DNA from: a virus
Length of the DNA: 64,000 nucleotides
Reading direction: 5' to 3' (one strand)
IMG/VR virus record: IMGVR_UViG_3300043427_003610
Span: 20,554-84,553 of that record
Of this stretch, positions 1 to 9,202 are shown piece by piece; the first letter of the stretch is position 1, and each line of letters opens with the position of its first letter. A program made the translations under genes and the position numbers. The notes under the pieces were generated by a model, which saw only the letters and a program-made list of their open reading frames with translations, made no database searches and was not told the origin of the DNA.

Positions 1-1
1 C

Positions 2-79
2 ATGCAGGCCCGTCTGGAGACGCTGGTGCTGCAGAGCGAGGATGCCTTCCCTGGTCCGCGCCTGGTGACGCTCGGATGA
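2..79 (+). CDS. 3' end of an upstream CDS, probably truncated by the window edge
   Basis: Frame reads ...MQARLETLVLQSEDAFPGPRLVTLG*, and its TGA overlaps the ATG of the next gene (ATGA coupling). Confidence 0.55.
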   Translation: MQARLETLVLQSEDAFPGPRLVTLG

Positions 80-717
80 GGGTAATCGGTCTGGCTGGTC
101 GGTCGGGGGTGGGCAAGTCGACTCTGTCGACTACCTATCTCCGACCGCTTGGCTTTATGGAAGTGGCCCTGGCCGACGAGATCAAGATCCGAGCGATCGC
201 AACCGGCGTTGCAACGTACGAGCAGGTCTTCGTTGGCAGTAAGCCGCCGCATGTGCGAACGTGGTTGCAGGAAGAGGGCACGGAGCGCGGCCGCGACGTG
301 TTCGGTCAGGACGTCTGGGTGCGGGCGCTGCTTGCTCGGATGCGGAAGATCAGCGAGTCCTCGGACGTCAGGAACTTCGTTGTTACGGATGTTCGGTTCG
401 TAAACGAGGTGCGCGGCATTCGGGCCGCTGGCGGCATTGTGCTGCGGGTCGATGCGCCGCGCCGAAATGCCAACAACGGCATGACGGCCGAGCAGCGACT
501 CCACCCGTCCGAGACGGATCTGGATCAGCTCGCCGTGACTGATTACGACGGCGTCATTCGGAATGACCCGGAGGACGCGGATACCGTTGGGTGGCAGATC
601 CACGCCCACCTGTTCTACAACAATTTCGTTCGCGCGCCGTATGGTGGGAAGCAGCTGAGCACCGAGCAGCAGCAGGCGCTTATCAAGGACATGTTGCCGT
701 ATCTGCAACGTGCCTAA
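76..717 (+). CDS. Deoxynucleoside monophosphate (dNMP) kinase
   Basis: N-terminal P-loop IGLAGRSGVGKST, LADEIK, LQEEGTERGR, VVTDVRFVNE and HPSE motifs typical of phage dNMP kinases. Confidence 0.88.
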   Translation: MRVIGLAGRSGVGKSTLSTTYLRPLGFMEVALADEIKIRAIATGVATYEQVFVGSKPPHVRTWLQEEGTERGRDVFGQDVWVRALLARMRKISESSDVRNFVVTDVRFVNEVRGIRAAGGIVLRVDAPRRNANNGMTAEQRLHPSETDLDQLAVTDYDGVIRNDPEDADTVGWQIHAHLFYNNFVRAPYGGKQLSTEQQQALIKDMLPYLQRA

Positions 718-1360
718 GCGCAAGATTGGGAAGCGCCGAAAGCAGTGGGTGCCGAAGACTCCAAAGCGACGGGCCAAGGGTCCGCGTCGCCGCGAGCGGG
801 CTCCGATCGCCCCGGTGGGGCAGGTCGAGCGGGTGCTCGCGCTGGACTCCAGCTCTAGGGCGTGCGGCTGGTCGGTGATGGACGATGGGGTGCTGGTCGC
901 CCACGGCTGCTACATACAGAAGGGCCCCGGCCACGGCGAGCGACTGATGCGGTTCCGGTTGTGGCTGCTCGACATGCTCCGCGAGTGGCAGCCCCGCCTG
1001 CTGATCTACGAGGCACCCTACCAAGGCCGAATGAAGAACACCTTCGGCATCCTCTCGCGCTACGTCGGCGCGATTGAGTCCGCCCACTTTGAGCACTACG
1101 AGCGCGAAATCGAGAAGTCCGAGTCGGTTCCCGCGCACCTGGTCAAGAAGGCCATTGGGGCCCGGAAGGGCGAGAATCACGAGGCCAACAAGAAGATCGT
1201 CGTGCTGCTGGTCAACGAGACGTTCGGACTCGGCCTCAAGTTCAAGGCGAACGATACCACTAAGAAGGTCTCGCAGGATGACGAGGCGGACGCTATCGCG
1301 CTGAACTGGGCGTGGCATCGGCTCAACCGAGAGGCTGATGTGATCCCGGAGGCAGCGTAA
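710..1360 (+). CDS. RuvC-like Holliday junction resolvase
   Basis: RNase H-fold acidic motifs VLALDSSSRACGWSV, LLIYEAP and DEADAIAL. Confidence 0.85.
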   Translation: MPKRKIGKRRKQWVPKTPKRRAKGPRRRERAPIAPVGQVERVLALDSSSRACGWSVMDDGVLVAHGCYIQKGPGHGERLMRFRLWLLDMLREWQPRLLIYEAPYQGRMKNTFGILSRYVGAIESAHFEHYEREIEKSESVPAHLVKKAIGARKGENHEANKKIVVLLVNETFGLGLKFKANDTTKKVSQDDEADAIALNWAWHRLNREADVIPEAA

Positions 1361-1621
1361 ATGGAAGAAGATCTTCTGAACCGGATTTCGGTCGAGCAGC
1401 TGCTGGTGACTTTGTCCGACGAGCACCGCCTGGTCCTGGAGCTGGTCTTCGGGCTTAGGTATCCGCCCGACTGGCCCTGGCCCTACGTGGTCTGGCCGCC
1501 CACCTACGCCGCCATTGGCTGGTACGTAGGCCACAAAATGCGCGGTAAGCCGCTGTCCGAGGCCGCGATCCGCTATATCCGCACCGCCGCCCTCAGAAAA
1601 CTGGCAGAAAACCACAAGTAG
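1361..1621 (+). CDS. Stand-alone sigma-70 region-4-like HTH protein
   Basis: LLVTLSDEHRLVLELVFGL...TYAAIG...LSEAAIRYIRTAALRKL parallels sigma4 (L..LsereR.vl.lrfGL...TleeIg...sreriRqie.kALrKL); no region 2. Confidence 0.72.
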   Translation: MEEDLLNRISVEQLLVTLSDEHRLVLELVFGLRYPPDWPWPYVVWPPTYAAIGWYVGHKMRGKPLSEAAIRYIRTAALRKLAENHK

Positions 1622-1723
1622 TTCCCGCAAACCGACGAAAATCGCTCCCCAGCTCCTGTTTTTCGTCTGAAATCGGGTTCGAACGACCTAGTAACGGGCC
1701 GCAGTGCGGTTCACGGGAGCACC

Positions 1724-2116
1724 ATGACCAACGAAGAGTTCGAGAACATCTACCTACCGAAGTACGACCTGACCATTCGGGCGATCGCCAGGAAGCTGGC
1801 GCAGACCAATGACACCTTGGCCGAAGACCTCTATCAGGAGGGGCTGATCGCGCTCTGGAACTGCACGCCGAACCGGGCCCGGGACAACCCCGACGCCTAC
1901 ATCCGGCAGTCCCTGAAGTTCCGAATGATCGATTACCTGCGGAAGGAGCGGATCTACAACACGGAGTCGCTTGAGGTCCGCCTGGAGCGCGGGGACCAGC
2001 TGGTGGTGGACGCCGCCGGTGGGTTCGACCTCGTCTCGTCGCCCGGAGCCTTGCATATGCGCCGCAACGATGCTGGCAAGGAGCCGCGGCGGTTCTACGA
2101 AGAGGAGGAGGAGTAA
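1724..2116 (+). CDS. Stand-alone sigma-70 region-2-like protein
   Basis: IRAIARKL...AEDLYQEGLIALWN...AYIRQSLKFRMIDYLRKE matches sigma regions 2.1-2.4; ends in an acidic EEEEE tail with no region 4. Confidence 0.82.
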   Translation: MTNEEFENIYLPKYDLTIRAIARKLAQTNDTLAEDLYQEGLIALWNCTPNRARDNPDAYIRQSLKFRMIDYLRKERIYNTESLEVRLERGDQLVVDAAGGFDLVSSPGALHMRRNDAGKEPRRFYEEEEE

Positions 2117-3201
2117 TGCCCCGCGGTGGGAAGGTGCTGCGCGAGCCGTTCGTATACGAGGTAGGGAAGGACATCTCACCTGAGCGCTACCAGGAGGCGA
2201 TTGAGAAGATCGCGGACTGGTTTGCCCAGACCAGGAACACGAAGGAGCCGGTGGCAGCGGCAAAGTATTACCTCGACTGCTGCCTCAAGGGTGTGACGGC
2301 GTCCGATGGCAAGTCCAAGTGGTTTGCCATGGCCACGTCAACCCTGGCGTCCCGGGTGCGGTCGGCCTGCCGGTTCGACATCGAGACGATGCAGCCGCTG
2401 GTTACGGCAGACGAGAAGAAAAAGGCCAAGAAGGTTAGGGAGAAGGAGCGGGAGAAGGCCAAGAAGGAGGCTGAGAAGGTCGACGCAAACCTGCCCGATG
2501 AATACCGGAAGAAGGTGGCCGGAGAGGCGACCTATGGGGACGACCCGTTGGTCTTCTTCACGTCGGCGGAGCTGGAGCGCCGCGAGCGCCTCAAGGACGC
2601 CTACCTGAAGGACTTTCCTCAGCTGCGGTCGGTCGCTTCGGAATCGAAGCTGGACATGCTGCTCGACCTGACCCTGCTGCTGGACCGCATCCGGTTCCGC
2701 CAGGCGAAGGACACGAAGGGGAAGACCGAGGAGTTCCAGATTCAGCAGCTCACGAAGCAGATCGTGGAGCTGGAAAAGGCCCTCAACATCCACCCGGACC
2801 AGCTGGCCAAGCAGCAGAAAGAGAAGGAGGGCGGCACGATCGGCGAGGCCGTGCGCCGCTTGGAGGAGACCAACGCGATCGAGTTGCGGGAGCGGTGGCT
2901 GGCGGAGGAGCTGCTGGTCTTGTTCCAGATGTATCACACCCCGAGCCCCCGGTCGAACATGGGCGGCTATCAGCTGGACGAGGTCGGGCTGTTTGGGGCC
3001 ACGCGGTGCCGCACCTGCAGCTGTGTCAAATGCGGGACGAAGAACTACGCCGGGCTCGGCGTGGAAGAGATCGAAGAATGGCTCAAGACCAAGGGGTTCC
3101 TGAAGCCCGTGGTTGAGGAGCCCACTTGGGACGCGAATGCTGACGATCAAGGACTGGACGAGACCACTCTCGGAGACGCTGAAGACCCCGCAGACGGCTG
3201 A
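2116..3201 (+). CDS. Phage protein upstream of terminase (candidate small terminase / DNA-binding protein) with a Cys cluster
   Basis: Position immediately before TerL; charged helical core; CRTCSCVKC putative Zn site. Confidence 0.45.
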   Translation: MPRGGKVLREPFVYEVGKDISPERYQEAIEKIADWFAQTRNTKEPVAAAKYYLDCCLKGVTASDGKSKWFAMATSTLASRVRSACRFDIETMQPLVTADEKKKAKKVREKEREKAKKEAEKVDANLPDEYRKKVAGEATYGDDPLVFFTSAELERRERLKDAYLKDFPQLRSVASESKLDMLLDLTLLLDRIRFRQAKDTKGKTEEFQIQQLTKQIVELEKALNIHPDQLAKQQKEKEGGTIGEAVRRLEETNAIELRERWLAEELLVLFQMYHTPSPRSNMGGYQLDEVGLFGATRCRTCSCVKCGTKNYAGLGVEEIEEWLKTKGFLKPVVEEPTWDANADDQGLDETTLGDAEDPADG

Positions 3202-5245
3202 ACAGGCGATCGAAGCAGAACGCCTGTACAAGCCGCTTCTGCGGTGGCGCCAGTGGCCTGACGTTGCACTCAGGTCACTGAGCGGCATCTTCATTCCCCC
3301 GCATCAGCGCATCATGCTGTATGCGGCCCACCTGGGTGCGCCGACCACGGTCTATGTATGCAGCCGTGGAACGTCCAAGTCCGCCGTGGTGGACGTGCTG
3401 TACGCCTCCTATCGAGCGCTGTTCTTCCCCAAGCGTAAGGGCGTCACTCTGTCCGCGGGCGGCTTCCGCGGCGGGCAGCTGCTGTACGACGACGCGGAGA
3501 AGTGGATCAACGGCGCCTGGTTCGATCAGGAGTCTGGTCTGGAGTTCATTCGCAACTCCGTGGTCTACGACAAGGTCGTGCTTCGCCAGCAGAACTACTG
3601 GCGGATCGACTTTACGTCTGCGTCGCACCTGATGACGGTTCCGACTAATGACCCGGAAAAGATCCGAGGCATCCGCGGCAACGACCTATACGTCGACGAG
3701 GCTAACTTCACCGACCTCGAGTTGATGAGCAAGGTCGCTGACTCGTTCTTGAACGTGCTCGGCGACTTCAAGACGGGCGGCGAAAACGCGGCCACGAACT
3801 CGGTGTTCTACACCACGACGATCGACTACGGCTGGCGCGATTTCCAAAAGACGGCCACCGCGGCGTACGAGGGCATGGCCCGCGACCACGCTGCGTTGCT
3901 GGCGGTGCGCAAGGGGGACGAGACGCTGTACGAGGAGTTCCGTCGGAAGGGCCTCCTCCAGAGCGTCTACGTGTCGTTCGACTATACCGACACCATCGTG
4001 CGGCGGCGCATCGAGACGCGGGACGGCCGGGCCTTGGAGATGGTGTGGCCGGACCAGACGCGCCGATTCAAGCGGGATATCCGCGGCCTGCCGTTCACCG
4101 TGCGTGGGGAGAACGGACGCTTTCAGATGCAGGGCGTCCCGATCGAAATCATCACGACGTATCCGATCAACCGGAACGTCGAAGACAAGCTGCTGACTGG
4201 CGAGACGCCGGAGGCGATCTGGCTGGCCGAGCAGCGAAACGTGGTGGACACCTCGACCGGTGACGTCTACCCGCACCACACCGTAGATGCGGCTTCGTGC
4301 AAAGGCGCCCGGTATGTGATTGCCCACGAAGACTGTGGCTCGGAGTGGAAGAAGAAGTTCCCCGACCCGGACACGCACTTCGTTCCGCCCGTGATGTGGA
4401 GCTGCTCTGATCCGTGCGTGCTTGGCGTCGACTACGCGCCTGGCAGCCGGGACTTCTCCGCGTTCGTGGTGATCCGCGTGGGCCAGCTCGCCGACGGCGA
4501 GTTCAACCCGGTGACCGGTCTGGGGCGCACGCCCTGGTCCAATGTGATTTGGGCCGAGCAGCACCGGATGACCAGTCACGCCGATGTGGCGAACAAGATC
4601 CGGGAGTTCAAGGACCGGTACAACCTGGTCTTCTACCATGACCCGCACGAGAACGACACCTGGAAGCTGTGCCGGGCGGTCGGCCTCGACATGCGCGGTG
4701 GTGGCTCCGGCGTCCGTGACGAGCTGGTGCACATCAATAAGCAGGACCTGGGTCCGGAAGAGTACCGGATATACGATCCGCTTGACCCGGACGAGCGGGT
4801 GCAGGCGTTTGCGACCGCCTCGCGATCGCTGCCGATGCTGGACGCAATCTACCCGTCGGACCAGCTGAACGACCGCCTGGTCGAGTTCACGCTCGGCCAG
4901 ATGACCCAGAAGCTGCTCTACATCCCGAAGGATATCCCGGAATCCGAGCGGCCGTTCGACGTCAAGATCGACGTCGGCTATAACGGTGCGAAGATCCTGG
5001 CGCACCAGCTTCGGGCCCTGCAGCAGAAGCCCACCAAGAATTTTCGGCAGTTCTTCATGAAAGGCGACACCGAGCAGGCGTCGAACAAGAAGGACCTGTG
5101 GGCCGCGTTCATCTATGCGGCCAAGCAGATGCGCGCCCACGTGATTCGGCAGCGCATGATCGAAGACACTCCACCGCCGCTCGGGGCGGTGGTCACCCGT
5201 ATCGGAGGAAGACCCAATGGAAGATCGCGATTCAGTCTCTACTAA
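3137..5245 (+). CDS. terL: Terminase large subunit
   Basis: PHQ motif, Walker A-like CSRGTSKS, Walker B IRGIRGNDLYVDE, nuclease motif VLGVDYA..RDFSAFVV, C-terminal KKDLWAA; start uncertain (3113 or 3137). Confidence 0.9.
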   Translation: MLTIKDWTRPLSETLKTPQTAEQAIEAERLYKPLLRWRQWPDVALRSLSGIFIPPHQRIMLYAAHLGAPTTVYVCSRGTSKSAVVDVLYASYRALFFPKRKGVTLSAGGFRGGQLLYDDAEKWINGAWFDQESGLEFIRNSVVYDKVVLRQQNYWRIDFTSASHLMTVPTNDPEKIRGIRGNDLYVDEANFTDLELMSKVADSFLNVLGDFKTGGENAATNSVFYTTTIDYGWRDFQKTATAAYEGMARDHAALLAVRKGDETLYEEFRRKGLLQSVYVSFDYTDTIVRRRIETRDGRALEMVWPDQTRRFKRDIRGLPFTVRGENGRFQMQGVPIEIITTYPINRNVEDKLLTGETPEAIWLAEQRNVVDTSTGDVYPHHTVDAASCKGARYVIAHEDCGSEWKKKFPDPDTHFVPPVMWSCSDPCVLGVDYAPGSRDFSAFVVIRVGQLADGEFNPVTGLGRTPWSNVIWAEQHRMTSHADVANKIREFKDRYNLVFYHDPHENDTWKLCRAVGLDMRGGGSGVRDELVHINKQDLGPEEYRIYDPLDPDERVQAFATASRSLPMLDAIYPSDQLNDRLVEFTLGQMTQKLLYIPKDIPESERPFDVKIDVGYNGAKILAHQLRALQQKPTKNFRQFFMKGDTEQASNKKDLWAAFIYAAKQMRAHVIRQRMIEDTPPPLGAVVTRIGGRPNGRSRFSLY

Positions 5246-5549
5246 CAAGTGTGCCCATTGCGGTCAGGAGCTTCCGACCGCGAGCTGCGACGTGGCGGAC
5301 TGCCAGGCTGTGGAGTCGGCCATGACCGCCGAGCCAGGAGCCTGTCAGAAGTGTGGTGCTACGGAGATTCCGTGCGCCGAGCCGGAGTGCCCGGCCGTGC
5401 TTGCGCACGATGTCGTCACGTACGTCTGCCAGGTCTGCGAGCGGTCTGTCGCGGAAGGGGAGATGTGCGATCGTCCGGACTGTCCGCGGGTCGCCGCGGC
5501 CCAGATCCGCAAGGCCAGTATCGACACCCCCTTCAAGTTGGGGCTTTGA
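5217..5549 (+). CDS. Small Cys-rich (tandem Zn-finger-like) protein
   Basis: Three CxxC-x6-8-CxxxxC units (CAHC..CDVADC; CQKC..CAEPEC; CQVC..CDRPDC); SD GGAGG upstream. Confidence 0.6.
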   Translation: MEDRDSVSTNKCAHCGQELPTASCDVADCQAVESAMTAEPGACQKCGATEIPCAEPECPAVLAHDVVTYVCQVCERSVAEGEMCDRPDCPRVAAAQIRKASIDTPFKLGL

Positions 5550-5559
5550 GGACTAGAAC

Positions 5560-7275
5560 ATGACGGACTTTACCACCCTGCCTGAAGTTGCGACCCAGAC
5601 ACTGTCCGGGCGCATGATGCTGGAAGACCTGTTTTCCGGCGATGACCACAAGGACCTCCGCCAGGAGATCATCCAGACCGGTAAGTATGCTCCCCGCCAC
5701 AGCACGAAGGAGCTGCGGATTCAGACCCGTGAGCTTGAGGACGGGCGGCATGAGATCATGGCGCTCGCGGCCCTGAGTCGCGACCCCGGGAAGACCTCTG
5801 ACTACATCGGCACGATTGCCGATTTCGCCGACCTCGGCACGAAGGCCACCACCAACCTCACGACCAAGGTCAAGCAGTACCGGGAGATCTACAAGAACGA
5901 AGGAATCATCAATAACGCTGTCAACAAGTCGGCGGCGTTGATCGGCGTGGGCGGGCGCTACAAGGTGCGTCACGCACGGCGCGGCAAGTCCCGCCGGGCG
6001 CTCGACGACCTGCAGATGCTCCTGGACTACTTCACCGTGAACGTGAACAACTCGCCGCTGTCGGGCGTGGTGACCAGCGAGCGCGGCATGAAGTCGGTCA
6101 TCCATAACGGCGTCCGGCATGCCTTGGTCGAGGGTGACTGGGTGGCCCGCCAGCAGTGGACGAAGGTGCAGCTGCCTACCTCGAGCGGGGGCACGGCCAG
6201 CCTGCCCATGACCCTCCAGACGATCTCGATGGTGAACCTGGAGCCGGTGAACGAGCTGGCAGGCCTGGGCGAGCTGTGGTACTGGAAGCCGGACAGCACG
6301 CTACTCAACCTGATCGTGAATGGAAGCAAGGTTAAGGAGATCAACGACGTCATCAAGAAGCTCGTTGATACCAAGACTCGGGACGAGCTGAAGAAGAACC
6401 AGAAGGTCCTGCTCACCCCGGCGCTACTTCTGCACGTCAAGCACCGCGGATTCGCCACCGACCCGGTGGGTGAGTCGATGATCGAGCCCGCCAAGCTCGG
6501 TATCCGCTTTAGCCGGGCGCTGACGGCGATCGACCTGGTCAGCATGGAGAACGTCATCAACCGGCTCACCATCGTCCAGGTTGGGTCGGCCGACCCGAAG
6601 TCGCCGTACTCGAAGGCAGATGTGGCGGCGGCTCGCGCTGCCCTGATGCAGTCCTTCTTTGAAGACGTCTCCCCCTCGATGGTGATCGTCTGGCAGGGCG
6701 ACGACGTGAAGGTGACGGACGTCGGTAGCCAGCAGTCGGTCCTCGACCTTAACAAGCGCTACGAGATCGCCGACGAGAAGATCAAGATGGCGCTCGGGCT
6801 TCCGGATGCCTTGCTGCTCGGCAACGTGGGCAACGGGGCCGGGGCCAGCTGGGCCTCGATGGTCGGGGCGGCTGCCCAGATGCAGGAGCTGGCGAACAGC
6901 TTCTCCGCGGTGCTGACCACCATCGGCGAGCGTATCGCGATCGAGAACGGGTACGACGGCGTTGACCTGATCTGGGAGTTCGACCAGTCCCTCATGGCCG
7001 ATTACAAGGAAACCCGTACTCAGAACCGGGCGGACTACCTGGCTGGCGCGACCTCGCTGCACTCGCTCATCTCGGGCTCCGGCCGCGACCCGAACGCGGA
7101 GTTCATGCTCAAGTGCCAGGAGCGCGGGTTGAACCCGGACACCACCACCTGGGAGCAGGCGTTCGCTCCGCCGCAGGGCCTCCAGGGCCAGGCGACGGGT
7201 GGCATCCAGGGACAGGGGGAAGGGAAGGACCCTGGCGCTGGCCGGACCCCGGACGACCAGATCACCACGCCGTAA
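5560..7275 (+). CDS. Portal protein
   Basis: 571 aa after TerL; YKNEGIINNAVN, LLHVKHRG, IKMALGLPDALL patterns resemble portals; SD GAGG. Confidence 0.78.
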   Translation: MTDFTTLPEVATQTLSGRMMLEDLFSGDDHKDLRQEIIQTGKYAPRHSTKELRIQTRELEDGRHEIMALAALSRDPGKTSDYIGTIADFADLGTKATTNLTTKVKQYREIYKNEGIINNAVNKSAALIGVGGRYKVRHARRGKSRRALDDLQMLLDYFTVNVNNSPLSGVVTSERGMKSVIHNGVRHALVEGDWVARQQWTKVQLPTSSGGTASLPMTLQTISMVNLEPVNELAGLGELWYWKPDSTLLNLIVNGSKVKEINDVIKKLVDTKTRDELKKNQKVLLTPALLLHVKHRGFATDPVGESMIEPAKLGIRFSRALTAIDLVSMENVINRLTIVQVGSADPKSPYSKADVAAARAALMQSFFEDVSPSMVIVWQGDDVKVTDVGSQQSVLDLNKRYEIADEKIKMALGLPDALLLGNVGNGAGASWASMVGAAAQMQELANSFSAVLTTIGERIAIENGYDGVDLIWEFDQSLMADYKETRTQNRADYLAGATSLHSLISGSGRDPNAEFMLKCQERGLNPDTTTWEQAFAPPQGLQGQATGGIQGQGEGKDPGAGRTPDDQITTP

Positions 7276-7302
7276 GTAAGGAATCGGTGGGTTCCGTCAA
7301 TT
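7276..7302 (+). promoter_or_regulatory. Class A phage promoter GTAAG-N15-GTCAATT
   Basis: GTAAG gaatcggtgggttcc GTCAATT; one of 7 copies with identical spacing. Confidence 0.75.
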
Positions 7303-7322
7303 AAAAGGAGCCCACCTTTTTC
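7287..7322 (+). terminator. Intrinsic terminator after portal, overlapping the class A promoter
   Basis: Stem GTGGGTTCC/GGAGCCCAC followed by CTTTTTC. Confidence 0.65.
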
Positions 7323-7331
7323 CCCTTCCTC

Positions 7332-7724
7332 GTGGACGATTCACACACGTTCTTCTGGTTGGTTGGCGTATTGGAGGGCGAGGCGTACTTCGGGTACGAC
7401 AAGAGCAATCGCTCCCCTCGCCTGGAAGTGGAAATGAAGGACGAGCATGTCATCGCGCGCATCGCTGCGCTCTTTGACAAGTCGTATTCGCGACGAGACC
7501 GTCGGGCCCAGAATCCGAAAACGTCAGTGACGTATCGGGTGAGGCTCGGCGGTCCTCGTGCTTTGCAGGTGATGAAGCGCGTCCAGCCATATATGAGTCC
7601 TCGCCGGGCCCGGGCAATCCAGCTGGTCGAAGACTCGTACTGCGCGGACCACAAGGGCGCGCTGGACTATAACCGAATCCCTCTGCCGCCCCTGGTAGAG
7701 GTGCCTTACACGTTGGAGAAATAG
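7332..7724 (+). mobile_element. Free-standing single-motif LAGLIDADG homing endonuclease gene
   Basis: WLVGVLEGEAYF motif, then RLEVEMKDEHVIARIAALF and YRVRL..RALQVMKRVQPYM, the LAGLIDADG fold pattern. Confidence 0.8.
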
Positions 7725-7725
7725 C

Positions 7726-9096
7726 ATGCGGCGTGTCGTGATGGTTGCTGATGGTGCATGGCCGACCGGGTTCGAGCGTGTGGCTCGGGCGGTCGGAACG
7801 CATTTGCAGGCCACCGGCCAGTACGAGGTGGTGCACCGTGCGCTTGGCTACGGCGGGCCGGAACAGGAGCTTCGCGTTCCGCCCTATCCGTACGAGCTGA
7901 AGTCGGCGGACCAGATGTCCTATGATCCGTTGGCGGTGACCAACATGCCGAAGTGGATCAAGGAGGACCGCCCGGACGTCGTCCTGTTCATTCAGGACCT
8001 CTGGAATATCACGAACTATATGGGGTACGTGCCGCGCGATCTTCCGACGGTCGGCTACTACCCGGTAGATACTCCGAATATCAAGTGGAGCTACGCCATG
8101 GGCGCGGCGTCCCTGACCGAGGCGGTTACCTACACCGACTTCGGGGCCAAGGAGACCGCCCTGGGCATGCGCGACCTGGTCGACGTGGTCTTGAACTCCT
8201 ACTCGAACCAGGGTGTGGACATGTCCCAGAAGGCGTCCTGGATGACGCTGCCTAAGGACAAGATGGAGCTGCACCTGCGGGTGGACAACATGGCCGCCCG
8301 GCAGAACCGGAATGGGTTCAGCGTCATCCCCCACGGGATCGACCACGAGATGTTCTATCCGATGGACAAGGCGGAATGCCGCCAGATGTGGAACTTCCCA
8401 CAGGACGCCTTCATCGTCCTTAACGTCAATACCAACCAGTTCCGGAAGCGTCAGGACATCACCATCCGCGCGTTTGCGGAAATGGCCGCCAAGGTACCGA
8501 ACGCGTTGCTGGTACTGCACTGCATGGGCGGTAAGGACCGGGAGGGCTGGGACTTGGCCCAGCTGGCCCGGCTGTACGGGGTGGAGGACAAGGTCATCTG
8601 CACCCACTGGGCCTATCCCGAGCTGACGGACGAGCAGCTCCTGATGCTGTATAACAGCGCCGACGTCCAGATTAACACGGGCGGCGGCGAGGGTTGGGGG
8701 CTGACGGCGGTGGAAGCTGCCCTGTGCGGCGTCCCCCAGTTCGTGCCGGACTGGTCGGCCACCCGGGAGATCTGGAGCGGGCACGGGGTTCTCTTGCCGG
8801 TCTCCGACTACCGGTTTGAGCCCAGGTACATCAACACGGCCCACGCCATGGTCGATGTCCGCGGGACTGCGGCCCTCCTGGCGCAGTATGCGACCGACCG
8901 AGACTTGCTGCAGGCCACCGGGGAGGCGTGTCGCAACCGTGCCCTGCAGATGCCGACCTGGGATGAAGTCGGCGCTCAGTTTGCCAAGCGAATCGCCCGC
9001 GCGCTGTCCAGCGATCCGGCGGTGCCGATGCGACTTAATGAGATCAGGGATTCCCGCCGCGACGTTCTGCAGTCTGATCTGCTGATTCAAAGATAA
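7726..9096 (+). CDS. Glycosyltransferase, GT-B fold (GT4-like)
   Basis: PTGFERVA, IPHGID, NTNQFRKRQD, LYNSADV.INT..GEGWGLTAVEAALCGVP. Confidence 0.9.
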   Translation: MRRVVMVADGAWPTGFERVARAVGTHLQATGQYEVVHRALGYGGPEQELRVPPYPYELKSADQMSYDPLAVTNMPKWIKEDRPDVVLFIQDLWNITNYMGYVPRDLPTVGYYPVDTPNIKWSYAMGAASLTEAVTYTDFGAKETALGMRDLVDVVLNSYSNQGVDMSQKASWMTLPKDKMELHLRVDNMAARQNRNGFSVIPHGIDHEMFYPMDKAECRQMWNFPQDAFIVLNVNTNQFRKRQDITIRAFAEMAAKVPNALLVLHCMGGKDREGWDLAQLARLYGVEDKVICTHWAYPELTDEQLLMLYNSADVQINTGGGEGWGLTAVEAALCGVPQFVPDWSATREIWSGHGVLLPVSDYRFEPRYINTAHAMVDVRGTAALLAQYATDRDLLQATGEACRNRALQMPTWDEVGAQFAKRIARALSSDPAVPMRLNEIRDSRRDVLQSDLLIQR

Positions 9097-9202
9097 GCTG
9101 AAGATCCCGAAGGACTAAACCGCCCGATCCTCTGCGTTTTCGCGTCGTTTCGCACGACTCATTCGATGATGGGTAGTGCGTCGACTATTTCGGAGGGTCG
9201 GC

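Noticed and set aside
1361-2116. Pseudogenised single sigma gene
   Set aside because: The domain order is reversed (region 4 upstream of region 2), and each ORF has a clean start, stop and coupling to its neighbours.
7294-7302. CCGTCAATT read as an antisense sigma70 -35 (TTGACG)
   Set aside because: No consistent TATAAT-like box lies 17 nt away in that direction. The fixed GTAAG partner and the sense orientation at all 7 sites favour a dedicated promoter.
7276-7725. Group I intron or intein housing the LAGLIDADG ORF
   Set aside because: Portal and GT genes each appear complete with their own stop and start; the flanks are too short for a ribozyme core, and there are no intein splice motifs.
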